Part shown: piece by piece, positions 7,947-16,135 of the stretch
Numbering within the stretch: the first letter of the stretch is position 1
How the letters are laid out: the number at the start of each line of letters is the position of its first letter
DNA from: a virus
Taxonomy: Duplodnaviria; Caudoviricetes
Virus record (IMG/VR): IMGVR_UViG_3300002989_000005
Span: 1-53,829 of that record
Length of the DNA stretch: 53,829 bases
Direction: 5' to 3' (one strand)
Program-made: the position numbers and the translations under genes
The notes under the pieces: model-generated
What the model saw: the letters and a program-made list of their open reading frames with translations, nothing else
Databases searched by the model: none
What the model was told of the DNA's origin: nothing

Positions 7947-8153
7947 ATGGATATGAAAAAAGTCAAAGAATTTTCTACGGATGCTATCTATGAGATTAAA
8001 CAAATGGTAACTATTATTGAGGACCAAACACAGGAAATTGATGAATTAAAGGATAAACTTGAGGATTGCCAAATAGAGGATTTAAATGTGTATCCAAATT
8101 GTGCTACAGAAGAAATTGAATTTGATAGTGAATATGACTTTTACGATAAATAA
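7947..8153 (+). CDS. Small very acidic hypothetical protein
   Basis: GGAGG RBS; D/E-rich coiled coil with an acidic-aromatic tail. Confidence 0.7.
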   Translation: MDMKKVKEFSTDAIYEIKQMVTIIEDQTQEIDELKDKLEDCQIEDLNVYPNCATEEIEFDSEYDFYDK

Positions 8154-8174
8154 CTTTGGTATCTGGTATTTAAT

Positions 8175-8285
8175 GTGAATAAAATTTCTATGATAGTCTA
8201 TAATTTAAATAACATCCTTTTTAATGTAGATAATAACGAACTAATGCTGTACTGGGTTCCCCCCAAGTATAGCATTTTTATTTTA
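8175..8285 (+). ncRNA. Candidate small RNA, copy 2 (with promoter)
   Basis: TATAAT at 8199-8204; hairpin 8244-8275 with TTCCC loop and T-tract; homologous to 48-160. Confidence 0.5.
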
Positions 8286-8384
8286 CTGGGATTGAAAAGA
8301 GTATAGTTTTCTTTTAAAACAAATCTTATAAAAAGCGAAAAAACTATGCCACTATATAAGCGCATAGTCTTTATCTTAATTTTC

Positions 8385-8678
8385 TCAAATAGAAAATTCT
8401 TTGGTCCTAATATATCCATACTTTTTATTAAATACAGTTATGAGATTAGTCTCTTCATTCTCATGATATATATCAGCAATTCCACTATCAATAATTGCAC
8501 CATCAATTGGAATTCCTATGACTTCCTTATTCCCAATGAAATAAACATAGTCATCCTTAACTTCAATGTCTTTAACTACAATACTTGTTTCTCGGTTATC
8601 ATTGGTGCAATTAGCAAAACATGTAATGCCTATAATATTAGCTTTAAACTCTTTTATGAATGGTATAATTGGATCCAT
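8385..8678 (-). CDS. Hypothetical protein
   Basis: 97-aa ORF with GGGGTG RBS. Confidence 0.7.
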   Translation of the reverse strand: MDPIIPFIKEFKANIIGITCFANCTNDNRETSIVVKDIEVKDDYVYFIGNKEVIGIPIDGAIIDSGIADIYHENEETNLITVFNKKYGYIRTKEFSI

Positions 8679-8838
8679 GAATTCACCCCTTTTATTTATG
8701 CAATTATTATATATAATATTTTAAAATTAATAAAATATTACTTATTCTTTATAAAATTCTAAATACTTTTATGTTCTTTAAAATTTTACAAAAAAATTAA
8801 AAAGCACCAGGGCTCAGAGCTATTAAATATGTTTACCT

Positions 8839-8982
8839 TTACTCCAACTTACATGAATAATATTGAAAAATAAGCTTGTCTAATTCTTGACTTACCAAAA
8901 TAACTTCACTATCAATAAGGCTATCAGTAGCTAGTACTAACTTTTCTAATTTACTTCTAAGTAATTCCGCTTGCTCACTCAT
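8839..8982 (-). CDS. Spo0E-like aspartyl-phosphate phosphatase (not in ORF track)
   Basis: MSEQAELLRSKLEKLVLATDSLIDSEVILVSQELDKLIFQYYSCKLE; SQELD signature; GAGGGG RBS. Confidence 0.85.
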   Translation of the reverse strand: MSEQAELLRSKLEKLVLATDSLIDSEVILVSQELDKLIFQYYSCKLE

Positions 8983-9106
8983 AATTTATTCCACCCCTCA
9001 CAAAACTCACAATTTCTATAATAATACATCTTAAATCCAATTGCAACATAAACTTCTAAATTTTAGTAAAAATGGAAAGCTCCAAGGCATCCCTCAGAGC
9101 TTCTAA

Positions 9107-9304
9107 TTATTTTCTAATTTCTATATCAATATTCTTTATAGTCTTATTCATTTTTTTCTTTAGTAAGTTACCATAAAACTTTGCAATAAAAGGAAATAAA
9201 GTTTTAAGTGTATTATAAAAGTTCAATTTTCTATCAAGTTTCCCTAATTCGGTATCATATTTCTTCAATATTTTATTTTTATAAATAACATCAGAACTAT
9301 TCAT
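9107..9304 (-). CDS. Small basic hypothetical protein
   Basis: AGGGAGG RBS favours the ATG at 9304. Confidence 0.6.
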   Translation of the reverse strand: MNSSDVIYKNKILKKYDTELGKLDRKLNFYNTLKTLFPFIAKFYGNLLKKKMNKTIKNIDIEIRK

Positions 9305-9364
9305 TCTTAAAACCTCCCTTCTATTTATATTATACAACTAATTTTATAAAGCTTCACCTTGTTT

Positions 9365-10399
9365 TTAATCAGATTCTTCATTTGTTGTTTTAAAGTAAAA
9401 TTGATTCGATAACAATTTTTTATTTTCTTCACTTCTACTCAAAATTTTACCATTAATTTTCATGTCGGGGTGAGCTGTTAACAGAGTATTTGTTTCTTTT
9501 ATTATGAAACCGAAAGATTCACGTTCTATAACTAATTCTTCTTCCATATTAAATCCACTTTCTTGAAATTTTTTTGTTAGATCAAACTCTGTTTGTATTA
9601 TAGCAATACTTTCTGCTATATTGGTTTTTTTACCTTGTAGTGTGCAGTTTTTAGTATGATACTCAAAAATATAATTAATGAATTTATCAATTACCTTTAA
9701 AATTATACCAAACCCTGTTGCTAAAATAGCTAAGCTTCCAGATTCTAATCGTACAAATTTTAGTGGTTGATCAATCACTGATAATCCGGCAACTACACAT
9801 AATTTTTCGTATATATTGTTCAAATTCTTGAATGATTCAGCAGCCTCAGTTATTGTATTTCGCTCGTCTAAGAATCTTATGCTTAAAACCTCTTCACTAT
9901 TTGGCTCATACCCATGTGACAAGGTTTGATTAATAGAATTTATATGTCTTACTGAGTCTATAATTTTATCGTATTCATGCAATATTGTAATTATAGATTG
10001 TACTACCTTGATATATTCTTGTGAAAAAGTTCCTTTATCTTTAATTCCTTTAAAAGCATGTATGATTTTATAACCATCCATAATTTTAGTAGCAAAATCG
10101 TCTGTAAGAATATTATCTTTCTCCAATAGTCTTAAATCTTTTAAAACCATTTTAAGTGAGCTAAAATCAATATCAATAAGGACATCTCTAAAATTAGATC
10201 CCTGAGCTTGAGTAGCATTTGTTAAATTAGCTACATTTTGAGCTGCACTTAATCCCCCTCCATAAATGAGGCTAAATGAACTAGCACACCATGCATAATG
10301 TATTGTAATAGCCTTTCTAAATCCAATTATTATTTCATCTAATTCGTGCAATGCCACCTCTTTATTGTTGTTTTCATCTACAATGTCATTAAAAATCAT
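9365..10399 (-). CDS. Hypothetical moron protein (344 aa)
   Basis: Long ORF with its own promoter and structured leader; family not recognised. Confidence 0.8.
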   Translation of the reverse strand: MIFNDIVDENNNKEVALHELDEIIIGFRKAITIHYAWCASSFSLIYGGGLSAAQNVANLTNATQAQGSNFRDVLIDIDFSSLKMVLKDLRLLEKDNILTDDFATKIMDGYKIIHAFKGIKDKGTFSQEYIKVVQSIITILHEYDKIIDSVRHINSINQTLSHGYEPNSEEVLSIRFLDERNTITEAAESFKNLNNIYEKLCVVAGLSVIDQPLKFVRLESGSLAILATGFGIILKVIDKFINYIFEYHTKNCTLQGKKTNIAESIAIIQTEFDLTKKFQESGFNMEEELVIERESFGFIIKETNTLLTAHPDMKINGKILSRSEENKKLLSNQFYFKTTNEESD

Positions 10400-10480
10400 T
10401 TGTTATTTCCCCCTAATATCTTGTACTCCATCAAATAGCACTGTATACTAGAGCTATATTCAATGAAATATACTTTGTTT

Positions 10481-10554
10481 AAGAAGCCACCGTTTGATTA
10501 GTCGTCAAAGTGGTTTCTTTTTATTATTGTAACCTTTTTTACAAAACAAGACAA
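10481..10554 (-). promoter_or_regulatory. SigA promoter plus 5' hairpin
   Basis: -35 TTGTCT (10549-10554), 17 bp, -10 TACAAT (10526-10531); hairpin AAGAAACCAC...GTGGCTTCTT at 10481-10519. Confidence 0.6.
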
Positions 10555-10616
10555 GATTACCAAAATATAAAAAAGCCCTAAAGCTAGATTTTTCTAACCT
10601 CAGGTCTTTAAGATTA

Positions 10617-11522
10617 TTAAGCTTTTTCGGTTAATCTCTTTATTAATGATATACTTTTATCTGCTAATTTGGGGCTTCTTGGAGTAGGATGTAATTCTTT
10701 CAATCTTTTTTTAATTTGGTCATAGCTTTTCCCATCTTCCATCATATAACCAACTCTACCTTCAATGTCTCTTATACTATCTACGTCCTCATATGATATG
10801 TAATTTCTAATAGTATCATTCTTTTTTAACTCTAATCCTAAAAAATATGCTATTTCTTTTGCTGTTTTACCAAATAATATATTATAAATATAATTTGTTT
10901 CTGTTGCGTATGGATGATGATAGCTATCCTCTACTAAATCCCCACGAGCTATAAAATATTTAATAGTATCCGTAGTTTTTAACCTTTCCTTTTTACTCAT
11001 TAATCTTAATATATATCTTTCAGTATCCTCACTACTTAGTATAAAATCTTTCATTCTAAAGTAGTCTCTAATTACTTTTTTATAAATTATTTTTGATTTT
11101 GTATCTTTCATTAAATTGATTAAAAGTGAGTATCCTTGTTCCGATAGAATATATAAATTTGTTGCATTTCCTATTTGTGCCTGAGTATAAATGCCTAGTT
11201 TTTTAAGGTTTGAAAACAGGTCATTTGAACTTGCCTGTTTTAAATCAAGTATATCAATGCCAAATTCAAAGTATTTATCGCCACTATCTAGGATTATATT
11301 ATTATTAATTAATTGATTGATGGATTTAATTTTATTTTTGATTTCTTCTTTGTTGTTTGCATCTTCCACATGCAATTGTGCTATTTGTGACACAGTTAGT
11401 ATTTTTTGTCCTTGTCCAAATCCTCCATACAACTCTTTAATTTTTACAGATGCATCAGAAATCATAACCTCTCCTGTGCAGGTTATCTCCCATTTTAATT
11501 GTTCATATACTTCGTTATCCAT
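10617..11522 (-). CDS. ORF6N-domain antirepressor-like protein
   Basis: GQKILT...IAQLH...INQLINNN...F..GID.LDLK...YILSEQGY..L...M....DYF. Confidence 0.7.
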   Translation of the reverse strand: MDNEVYEQLKWEITCTGEVMISDASVKIKELYGGFGQGQKILTVSQIAQLHVEDANNKEEIKNKIKSINQLINNNIILDSGDKYFEFGIDILDLKQASSNDLFSNLKKLGIYTQAQIGNATNLYILSEQGYSLLINLMKDTKSKIIYKKVIRDYFRMKDFILSSEDTERYILRLMSKKERLKTTDTIKYFIARGDLVEDSYHHPYATETNYIYNILFGKTAKEIAYFLGLELKKNDTIRNYISYEDVDSIRDIEGRVGYMMEDGKSYDQIKKRLKELHPTPRSPKLADKSISLIKRLTEKA

Positions 11523-11611
11523 AATTCCTCCTTATTTTATTAAATTTAGGTTTGTCCTAATTATGTAATTTATAACTTAGTATACCATAAATTCTAAATT
11601 TTAAATGAATA

Positions 11612-11643
11612 AAAAAAGACCTCAAGGATTTCTCCCTGAGGTT
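11612..11643 (-). terminator. Terminator after the lysis cassette
   Basis: AACCTCAGGGA...TCCTTGAGGTC followed by T7 on the minus strand. Confidence 0.75.
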
Positions 11644-11651
11644 AAAATAGA

Positions 11652-12110
11652 TTATTGTGTTGCTACAATAGTTGCTACCGGATCCGTAACTGGTAAACTT
11701 TCAACTTCAATTTTAACATCTGCTTCATCTGTAACAGGATCATAAGCTGGTGCTAATAAAGTTTCAACTTGATTATTAACCTCTCCAACTACTGATTCTC
11801 TAAAATGATCTAATTGTGATTGCGTTAATGTTGGGAACTTGGCTAATAATAATTTATCAAACATTGTAGCTTTTAAGGTGCCAGCACTTGGTATTAACTT
11901 AAATAGCTGTTCTACTTGATAAAAGATTCCCTTAGCTACTAGTGCATGAGAATTATAAGTATCTACGCCTATTTTGACCGCCTCAGCCTGTTTCTTTTTA
12001 CTAAGGTATGAAAACACCATTGTAATTAAGGCTGTCGTAGCAAGCCCTAGTATAGTAAATAAACCATTGAATAATATTGTAGAAATTCCATTTAATAATG
12101 TATTTGTCAT
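11652..12110 (-). CDS. Holin (LL-H-like)
   Basis: Single N-terminal TM segment, basic residues after it, VEQ...G..K motif; adjacent to endolysin. Confidence 0.7.
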   Translation of the reverse strand: MTNTLLNGISTILFNGLFTILGLATTALITMVFSYLSKKKQAEAVKIGVDTYNSHALVAKGIFYQVEQLFKLIPSAGTLKATMFDKLLLAKFPTLTQSQLDHFRESVVGEVNNQVETLLAPAYDPVTDEADVKIEVESLPVTDPVATIVATQ

Positions 12111-12126
12111 TAATATTCCCCCTAAA

Positions 12127-12834
12127 TTATATTAGTATTTTAAATGATTCAAAACCTTTAGCTTTTAACTCTGCTATTCTTGCGTTTGCATTTGCTTCAT
12201 CCGAAAAACTACCTGTAATAACTCGATATGTTTTATCACTTGCAACTACTTTTGGAATAACAACTACTGGTTTAATTACTACCACTGGTTTAACTATTAC
12301 TACTGGGACTGGAATATCTTTACCAGTAACTCCTTTTACAATTGCATTAGCTAACTTTGTGACATTGTATTTATTACAATCTGTTTTAGTATCACAGAAG
12401 AAAGGTTCAACCAATATAGCTGTAGCCTTTGTATATTTAAGCACATATAAATTAGTCCTTGAAATACTACCTCTATTAGTAAATCCTAGCATTGCAATTT
12501 GTGCTGCTATTCTATCTGCATAAACTTTCCCAGTTGCTGAGATATATTCAACCTCACAACCCTGTGCCACGTTAGTTTTAAAAGCATTTACATGACAAGA
12601 TATAACTAAGTCTAAACTTAAACTATTTGCCTTGTTGACCCTATAGGCTAGACTTTGCGCTAAGGTTAACCCTGATTGTGTAGGAGTAATATTATATACG
12701 GTATGCCCTAATTTTTGAAACCCAGCTATTACTAGCGCCCCATATTGTCTATTTACTGTTGTTTCTACTAAATAACCTGCGGCACCAGTATCACCACCAT
12801 TTAGTGTATGACCTAAATCAATTCCTATTCTCAT
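12127..12834 (-). CDS. Endolysin: N-acetylmuramoyl-L-alanine amidase (Amidase_3) plus SPOR domain
   Basis: IGIDLGH...E, SCHVNA, AILVEPFFCD; Pro/Val/Lys linker; YRVITGSFS...NA......LKAKGF. Confidence 0.93.
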   Translation of the reverse strand: MRIGIDLGHTLNGGDTGAAGYLVETTVNRQYGALVIAGFQKLGHTVYNITPTQSGLTLAQSLAYRVNKANSLSLDLVISCHVNAFKTNVAQGCEVEYISATGKVYADRIAAQIAMLGFTNRGSISRTNLYVLKYTKATAILVEPFFCDTKTDCNKYNVTKLANAIVKGVTGKDIPVPVVIVKPVVVIKPVVVIPKVVASDKTYRVITGSFSDEANANARIAELKAKGFESFKILI

Positions 12835-12853
12835 ATTTTCCTCCTCCATCTAT

Positions 12854-13261
12854 CTATCTATTAAATAACCATATAAAAAGTCCTATAATATTACTTCCTA
12901 TAACCGTAATTGCTATCCATTTAGTTTTTGTTGCATTTTCGGCAGGGAGTGATTCTATATGAGTTACTTTCTTTTTAGTATCTTTTAGATCTGCGCCTAT
13001 ATTATTTATGTCAACGGTTTGCTTGTCGGTAACAGTCTTTAAATTAAATGCTAAAATTTCCGTTTGAGTAGCCTTATCTAAAGTTTTAGCCACAGAGGAA
13101 GTTATACTAGCTAAGTTAGCCATAATCTGAGCTTGATATATTTCAGCCTTCCCGTTATCTTTGTCCATTTTATTTATAATTACTGAGTTATTTTCTGATT
13201 TCTCTTGTAACTTTGTAACGTCTTTTTCTAATCTATCTACTCTATAATTATCATCTGCCAT
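12854..13261 (-). CDS. Lysis-associated coiled-coil protein with C-terminal TM (XhlA-like)
   Basis: GGAGG RBS then ATG at 13261; RVDRLE coiled coil, KWIAITVIGSNIIGLFIWL. Confidence 0.7.
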   Translation of the reverse strand: MADDNYRVDRLEKDVTKLQEKSENNSVIINKMDKDNGKAEIYQAQIMANLASITSSVAKTLDKATQTEILAFNLKTVTDKQTVDINNIGADLKDTKKKVTHIESLPAENATKTKWIAITVIGSNIIGLFIWLFNR

Positions 13262-13363
13262 TATAATTACCTCCAATTTTTTATTCTCATCATTTGTTGG
13301 AGGATATATTAAAAAATATGTCCTTCTTGATTTGCCCCCATTAAATGGAGGCATTTTTTTAAC

Positions 13364-13390
13364 TTATAACCACCAAAGCCACCAAGGCAT
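13364..13390 (-). CDS. Trp-rich leader peptide MPWWLWWL
   Basis: GAGGAGGTGAG RBS (13396-13406), ATG CCT TGG TGG CTT TGG TGG TTA TAA. Confidence 0.6.
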   Translation of the reverse strand: MPWWLWWL

Positions 13391-13417
13391 ATATTCTCAC
13401 CTCCTCGATTTTGGGCA

Positions 13418-13443
13418 TAAAAAAGACACCCTTTCGAGTGTCT
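13418..13443 (-). terminator. Intrinsic terminator
   Basis: AGACACTC-GAAA-GGGTGTCT followed by a T-run. Confidence 0.8.
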
Positions 13444-13565
13444 ATATTGTGTTATTCAATTATTACGCTAATTACGTAGTATATTCCTATTGACATTTAT
13501 ATCCATTATTACGCTAAACTAAGCAATATCAACGGTTAACAACTACTAACAATTATTAACAATTA

Positions 13566-13781
13566 CTATTGCGCAACAACTATTTCTTCATATAATTCTT
13601 GCAAACAATTATTATCTTTTGCCTTTTGAATTATTTTTTCTAAAATATCAACATGTCTTTTGTTTTCATCCTCTTCATCCAGGAGATTATATTTTTTTAG
13701 TAACATACAACGTCGAACATACGATAGCTCTACGAAACCATAAGTTAAATTTTTAAAGTTTATATTTGGATAATCTTTCAA
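13566..13781 (-). CDS. Hypothetical moron protein
   Basis: 71-aa ORF, AGGGGG RBS, TTG start. Confidence 0.6.
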   Translation of the reverse strand: MKDYPNINFKNLTYGFVELSYVRRCMLLKKYNLLDEEDENKRHVDILEKIIQKAKDNNCLQELYEEIVVAQ

Positions 13782-13831
13782 TGTTTTGCCCCCTTTTTAT
13801 TCAAAGGAAAAGACACCCAAATTGGATGCCT

Positions 13832-13999
13832 TTATCTTCTTAATTTCTTTAATTCTTCTTTTTCTTTTTCATCTGCAATGAGTTCGCGCATTTTTGCAGA
13901 AACCCAGGGCGAAACTCTAAGTCCTAATTTCTCTGCATATATGCGAAATTCTTCGTAAAGCTCAGGTGGAATTGTAATATTAACTGCTTTTCTAGCCAC
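13832..13999 (-). CDS. 55-aa RHH (CopG/Arc-like) protein (not in ORF track)
   Basis: MARKAVNITIPPELYEEFRIYAEKLGLRVSPWVSAKMRELI...; GGGGTG RBS, GTG start. Confidence 0.75.
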   Translation of the reverse strand: MARKAVNITIPPELYEEFRIYAEKLGLRVSPWVSAKMRELIADEKEKEELKKLRR

Positions 14000-14200
14000 A
14001 TAAACACCCCCATATAAGGGGTATTATACATTAAAATGTACAAACTGTCATAATCACACGCATAACTATTTGCTTATGTGTGTTAGTACGTGTAATATTC
14101 CTAAGTAGTCAGAATATCTATATAAATTTCATTAATTTCATTTAGAAAAAGGGTAATAAAAAAGCACTCATATTTGAGTACACATCATTACCCTTTTAAA

Positions 14201-14359
14201 TTAAACTACTGGTTCTTCTACTATCGGATTACCATATCCATCAAGTCCTATTGCGGATAAGTCTGCTAAAACTGCTTCTTTGCATTGTGGTAGCACTTGG
14301 TCAATTGTTCTTCTATGTGCCATTATTAAAGCTACATAAGCATCTATTAAAGATTGCAT
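14201..14359 (-). CDS. CD1375-like small tail-region protein
   Basis: AYVALI....RTIDQV.P..KEAV...L...GLDGYG; AGGAGG RBS favours 14359. Confidence 0.7.
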   Translation of the reverse strand: MQSLIDAYVALIMAHRRTIDQVLPQCKEAVLADLSAIGLDGYGNPIVEEPVV

Positions 14360-14396
14360 TGTATCACCTCCTAAAAGTAATTTTAAAAGCCAAAAC

Positions 14397-14522
14397 CTAA
14401 GCATTATCTGCATCAAGCAAGGCTTGAACTGCGACTTTGAATTGCGGAAGTATAGTATCTATAGTTCGCACCCCTGCCTTTATAAGTTTATAGTAAGCTG
14501 TTATTAATGCATTGTCATCCAT
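14397..14522 (-). CDS. Second CD1375-like paralogue (41 aa, not in ORF track)
   Basis: MDDNALITAYYKLIKAGVRTIDTILPQFKVAVQALLDADNA. Confidence 0.7.
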   Translation of the reverse strand: MDDNALITAYYKLIKAGVRTIDTILPQFKVAVQALLDADNA

Positions 14523-14750
14523 TTATACCGCACCCCCTAATTGATTTTCATAGATAGATACAGTTAAGTCTAGTTGTGTCATTTGATTACCTTGTATATC
14601 TGCTAATTGTTTTTCTAAAGGCTTTATATCTGAAAATATTAAAAAATTACCTTCTGTAATATTCTGTTCTTCAATCAAAAACTTGTCTTTATTGGCATCA
14701 ATTTTAATTTGCCTATCTTCTATTGTTGTATATTGTATTTTTAATATCAT
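14523..14750 (-). CDS. Tail fibre-associated small protein
   Basis: AGGAGG RBS favours the ATG at 14750; LIEEQNITEGNFLIF motif. Confidence 0.65.
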   Translation of the reverse strand: MILKIQYTTIEDRQIKIDANKDKFLIEEQNITEGNFLIFSDIKPLEKQLADIQGNQMTQLDLTVSIYENQLGGAV

Positions 14751-14761
14751 AAAATTACCTC

Positions 14762-15820
14762 CTAATCTAAAGTAGTTGTTCCAAAGGAGAAACCAGATAT
14801 AATACCACAAACTATAAAATTTTGTACTTGCGTATTTGTAAATGCGTCTGCACTCCATTGGTAAATTTGAATTAAATCTCCAGCATTTATTGTAAAATTT
14901 TCTGTATATGTTGTAAATGTTATATCAGTTTTTGTTCTTTGTGTACCTCTTGCAACACCATTAATATAAATATTTGAATAGCCTGTTAATGGGTTTCCTC
15001 CATTTCTAAAATCATATTTAACTGTAACAATACCACCAATATTTATTAATATTTCTTTAACTTTTGTTGGTGTTGTAGTAGCAGTGGGTGTTTTTAATGG
15101 ACTTGACATAAGTAAAGGATTAACACCACTTGAGCAAATTAATTTATTTACTTTTCCACTTCCAACTGAACCATCATAATAACCAGATGGAATTGCTTGG
15201 TCTATTCCACTAGGTGAAATAGTTTGTCCACTTTTTACAGGAAGTAAAGCCGTTACTGTTCCACCAACTGTGTAACCAGCTGGAACAACTTTCGTGCCAC
15301 CTTGTGTTGTTAATGTAGTTGTTGGACTTGCATTATTTGTCATAGTTCCTATTATATCTCCTGCATCTGTACTTGCCGTTTTACCAGTGAGAAGGTCAGA
15401 TGCTATTGCGTTTCCTGAACCACCTTCACCCTGTAATATAAAATTTGTTCCATCATACCTAAGAGTATATATTCCAGTAGCTTTTAAATTTATTACATCA
15501 GTTCCATTAGATTTTTTAATACCTTTAGCACCTTTGCTATCCCAATTCAATGTGCTTACTCCTGTACTATCTATATTAAATTTTACGCTTACTGCCATTC
15601 CTACTGTGAGTGCTGAAATTGTAGGTGATGCAATTACATAAGTATTTACTGTTCCTGTAGTTGTTGCATATGGTATTTGCTTCGTGTAATCAGCCGAGTG
15701 TGACTCTGCACTATTGCCATCAGCAAAAATAACATTAGCTGCAATTGTCTTTGGGTTTATATTATCCCAATCATCATTATTTGCGTTTCTTTGGGTCATT
15801 TGAATATTTTTATCAGCCAT
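14762..15820 (-). CDS. Tail fibre / receptor-binding protein
   Basis: T/G-rich, YTLRYDGTNFILQGEG, A.ASDLL.GKTA, IPSGYY repeats; position after baseplate genes. Confidence 0.8.
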   Translation of the reverse strand: MADKNIQMTQRNANNDDWDNINPKTIAANVIFADGNSAESHSADYTKQIPYATTTGTVNTYVIASPTISALTVGMAVSVKFNIDSTGVSTLNWDSKGAKGIKKSNGTDVINLKATGIYTLRYDGTNFILQGEGGSGNAIASDLLTGKTASTDAGDIIGTMTNNASPTTTLTTQGGTKVVPAGYTVGGTVTALLPVKSGQTISPSGIDQAIPSGYYDGSVGSGKVNKLICSSGVNPLLMSSPLKTPTATTTPTKVKEILINIGGIVTVKYDFRNGGNPLTGYSNIYINGVARGTQRTKTDITFTTYTENFTINAGDLIQIYQWSADAFTNTQVQNFIVCGIISGFSFGTTTLD

Positions 15821-15835
15821 TTTATCATCCCTTTC

Positions 15836-16135
15836 TTATAAAATTTTATACCAAAAATCAGCTGGAATATAGGAAGTCGGAGCACTCAATGAAGTTGTTA
15901 TTGTGTTAGTTATTAAAATAACTTCATCATCAGTAATATACCAAAAGTCATTACTTACTGGATTAATAGGAGGATTGCTTCCTGTAGTGATCTTTATTTC
16001 ATTATTCAATCCCATATCATTAACAAATTGACTTAATTTTGTAGGCATATCTAAAATATTTGATTTTACATGAGTATGTCCAACTAAACTTACAGCATTT
16101 CCGGTTTTATCTTGTAAGGTATCAAGATACTTCAT
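15836..16135 (-). CDS. Tail fibre-associated protein
   Basis: GHTH, PTKLSQF.ND, two DFWY motifs. Confidence 0.65.
   Translation of the reverse strand: MKYLDTLQDKTGNAVSLVGHTHVKSNILDMPTKLSQFVNDMGLNNEIKITTGSNPPINPVSNDFWYITDDEVILITNTITTSLSAPTSYIPADFWYKIL

Noticed and set aside
8198-8762. ORFs 8198-8419 (-) and 8346-8762 (+)
   Set aside because: They overlap the better-supported 8385-8678 gene and the sRNA-like element; no RBS.
12255-12310. 18-bp tandem repeats in the endolysin gene
   Set aside because: They encode an ordinary (PVVVIK)n interdomain linker.
13262-13354. N-terminal extension of the 166-aa ORF
   Set aside because: The ATG at 13354 has no RBS while the ATG at 13261 has GGAGG; the segment is better read as leader RNA.
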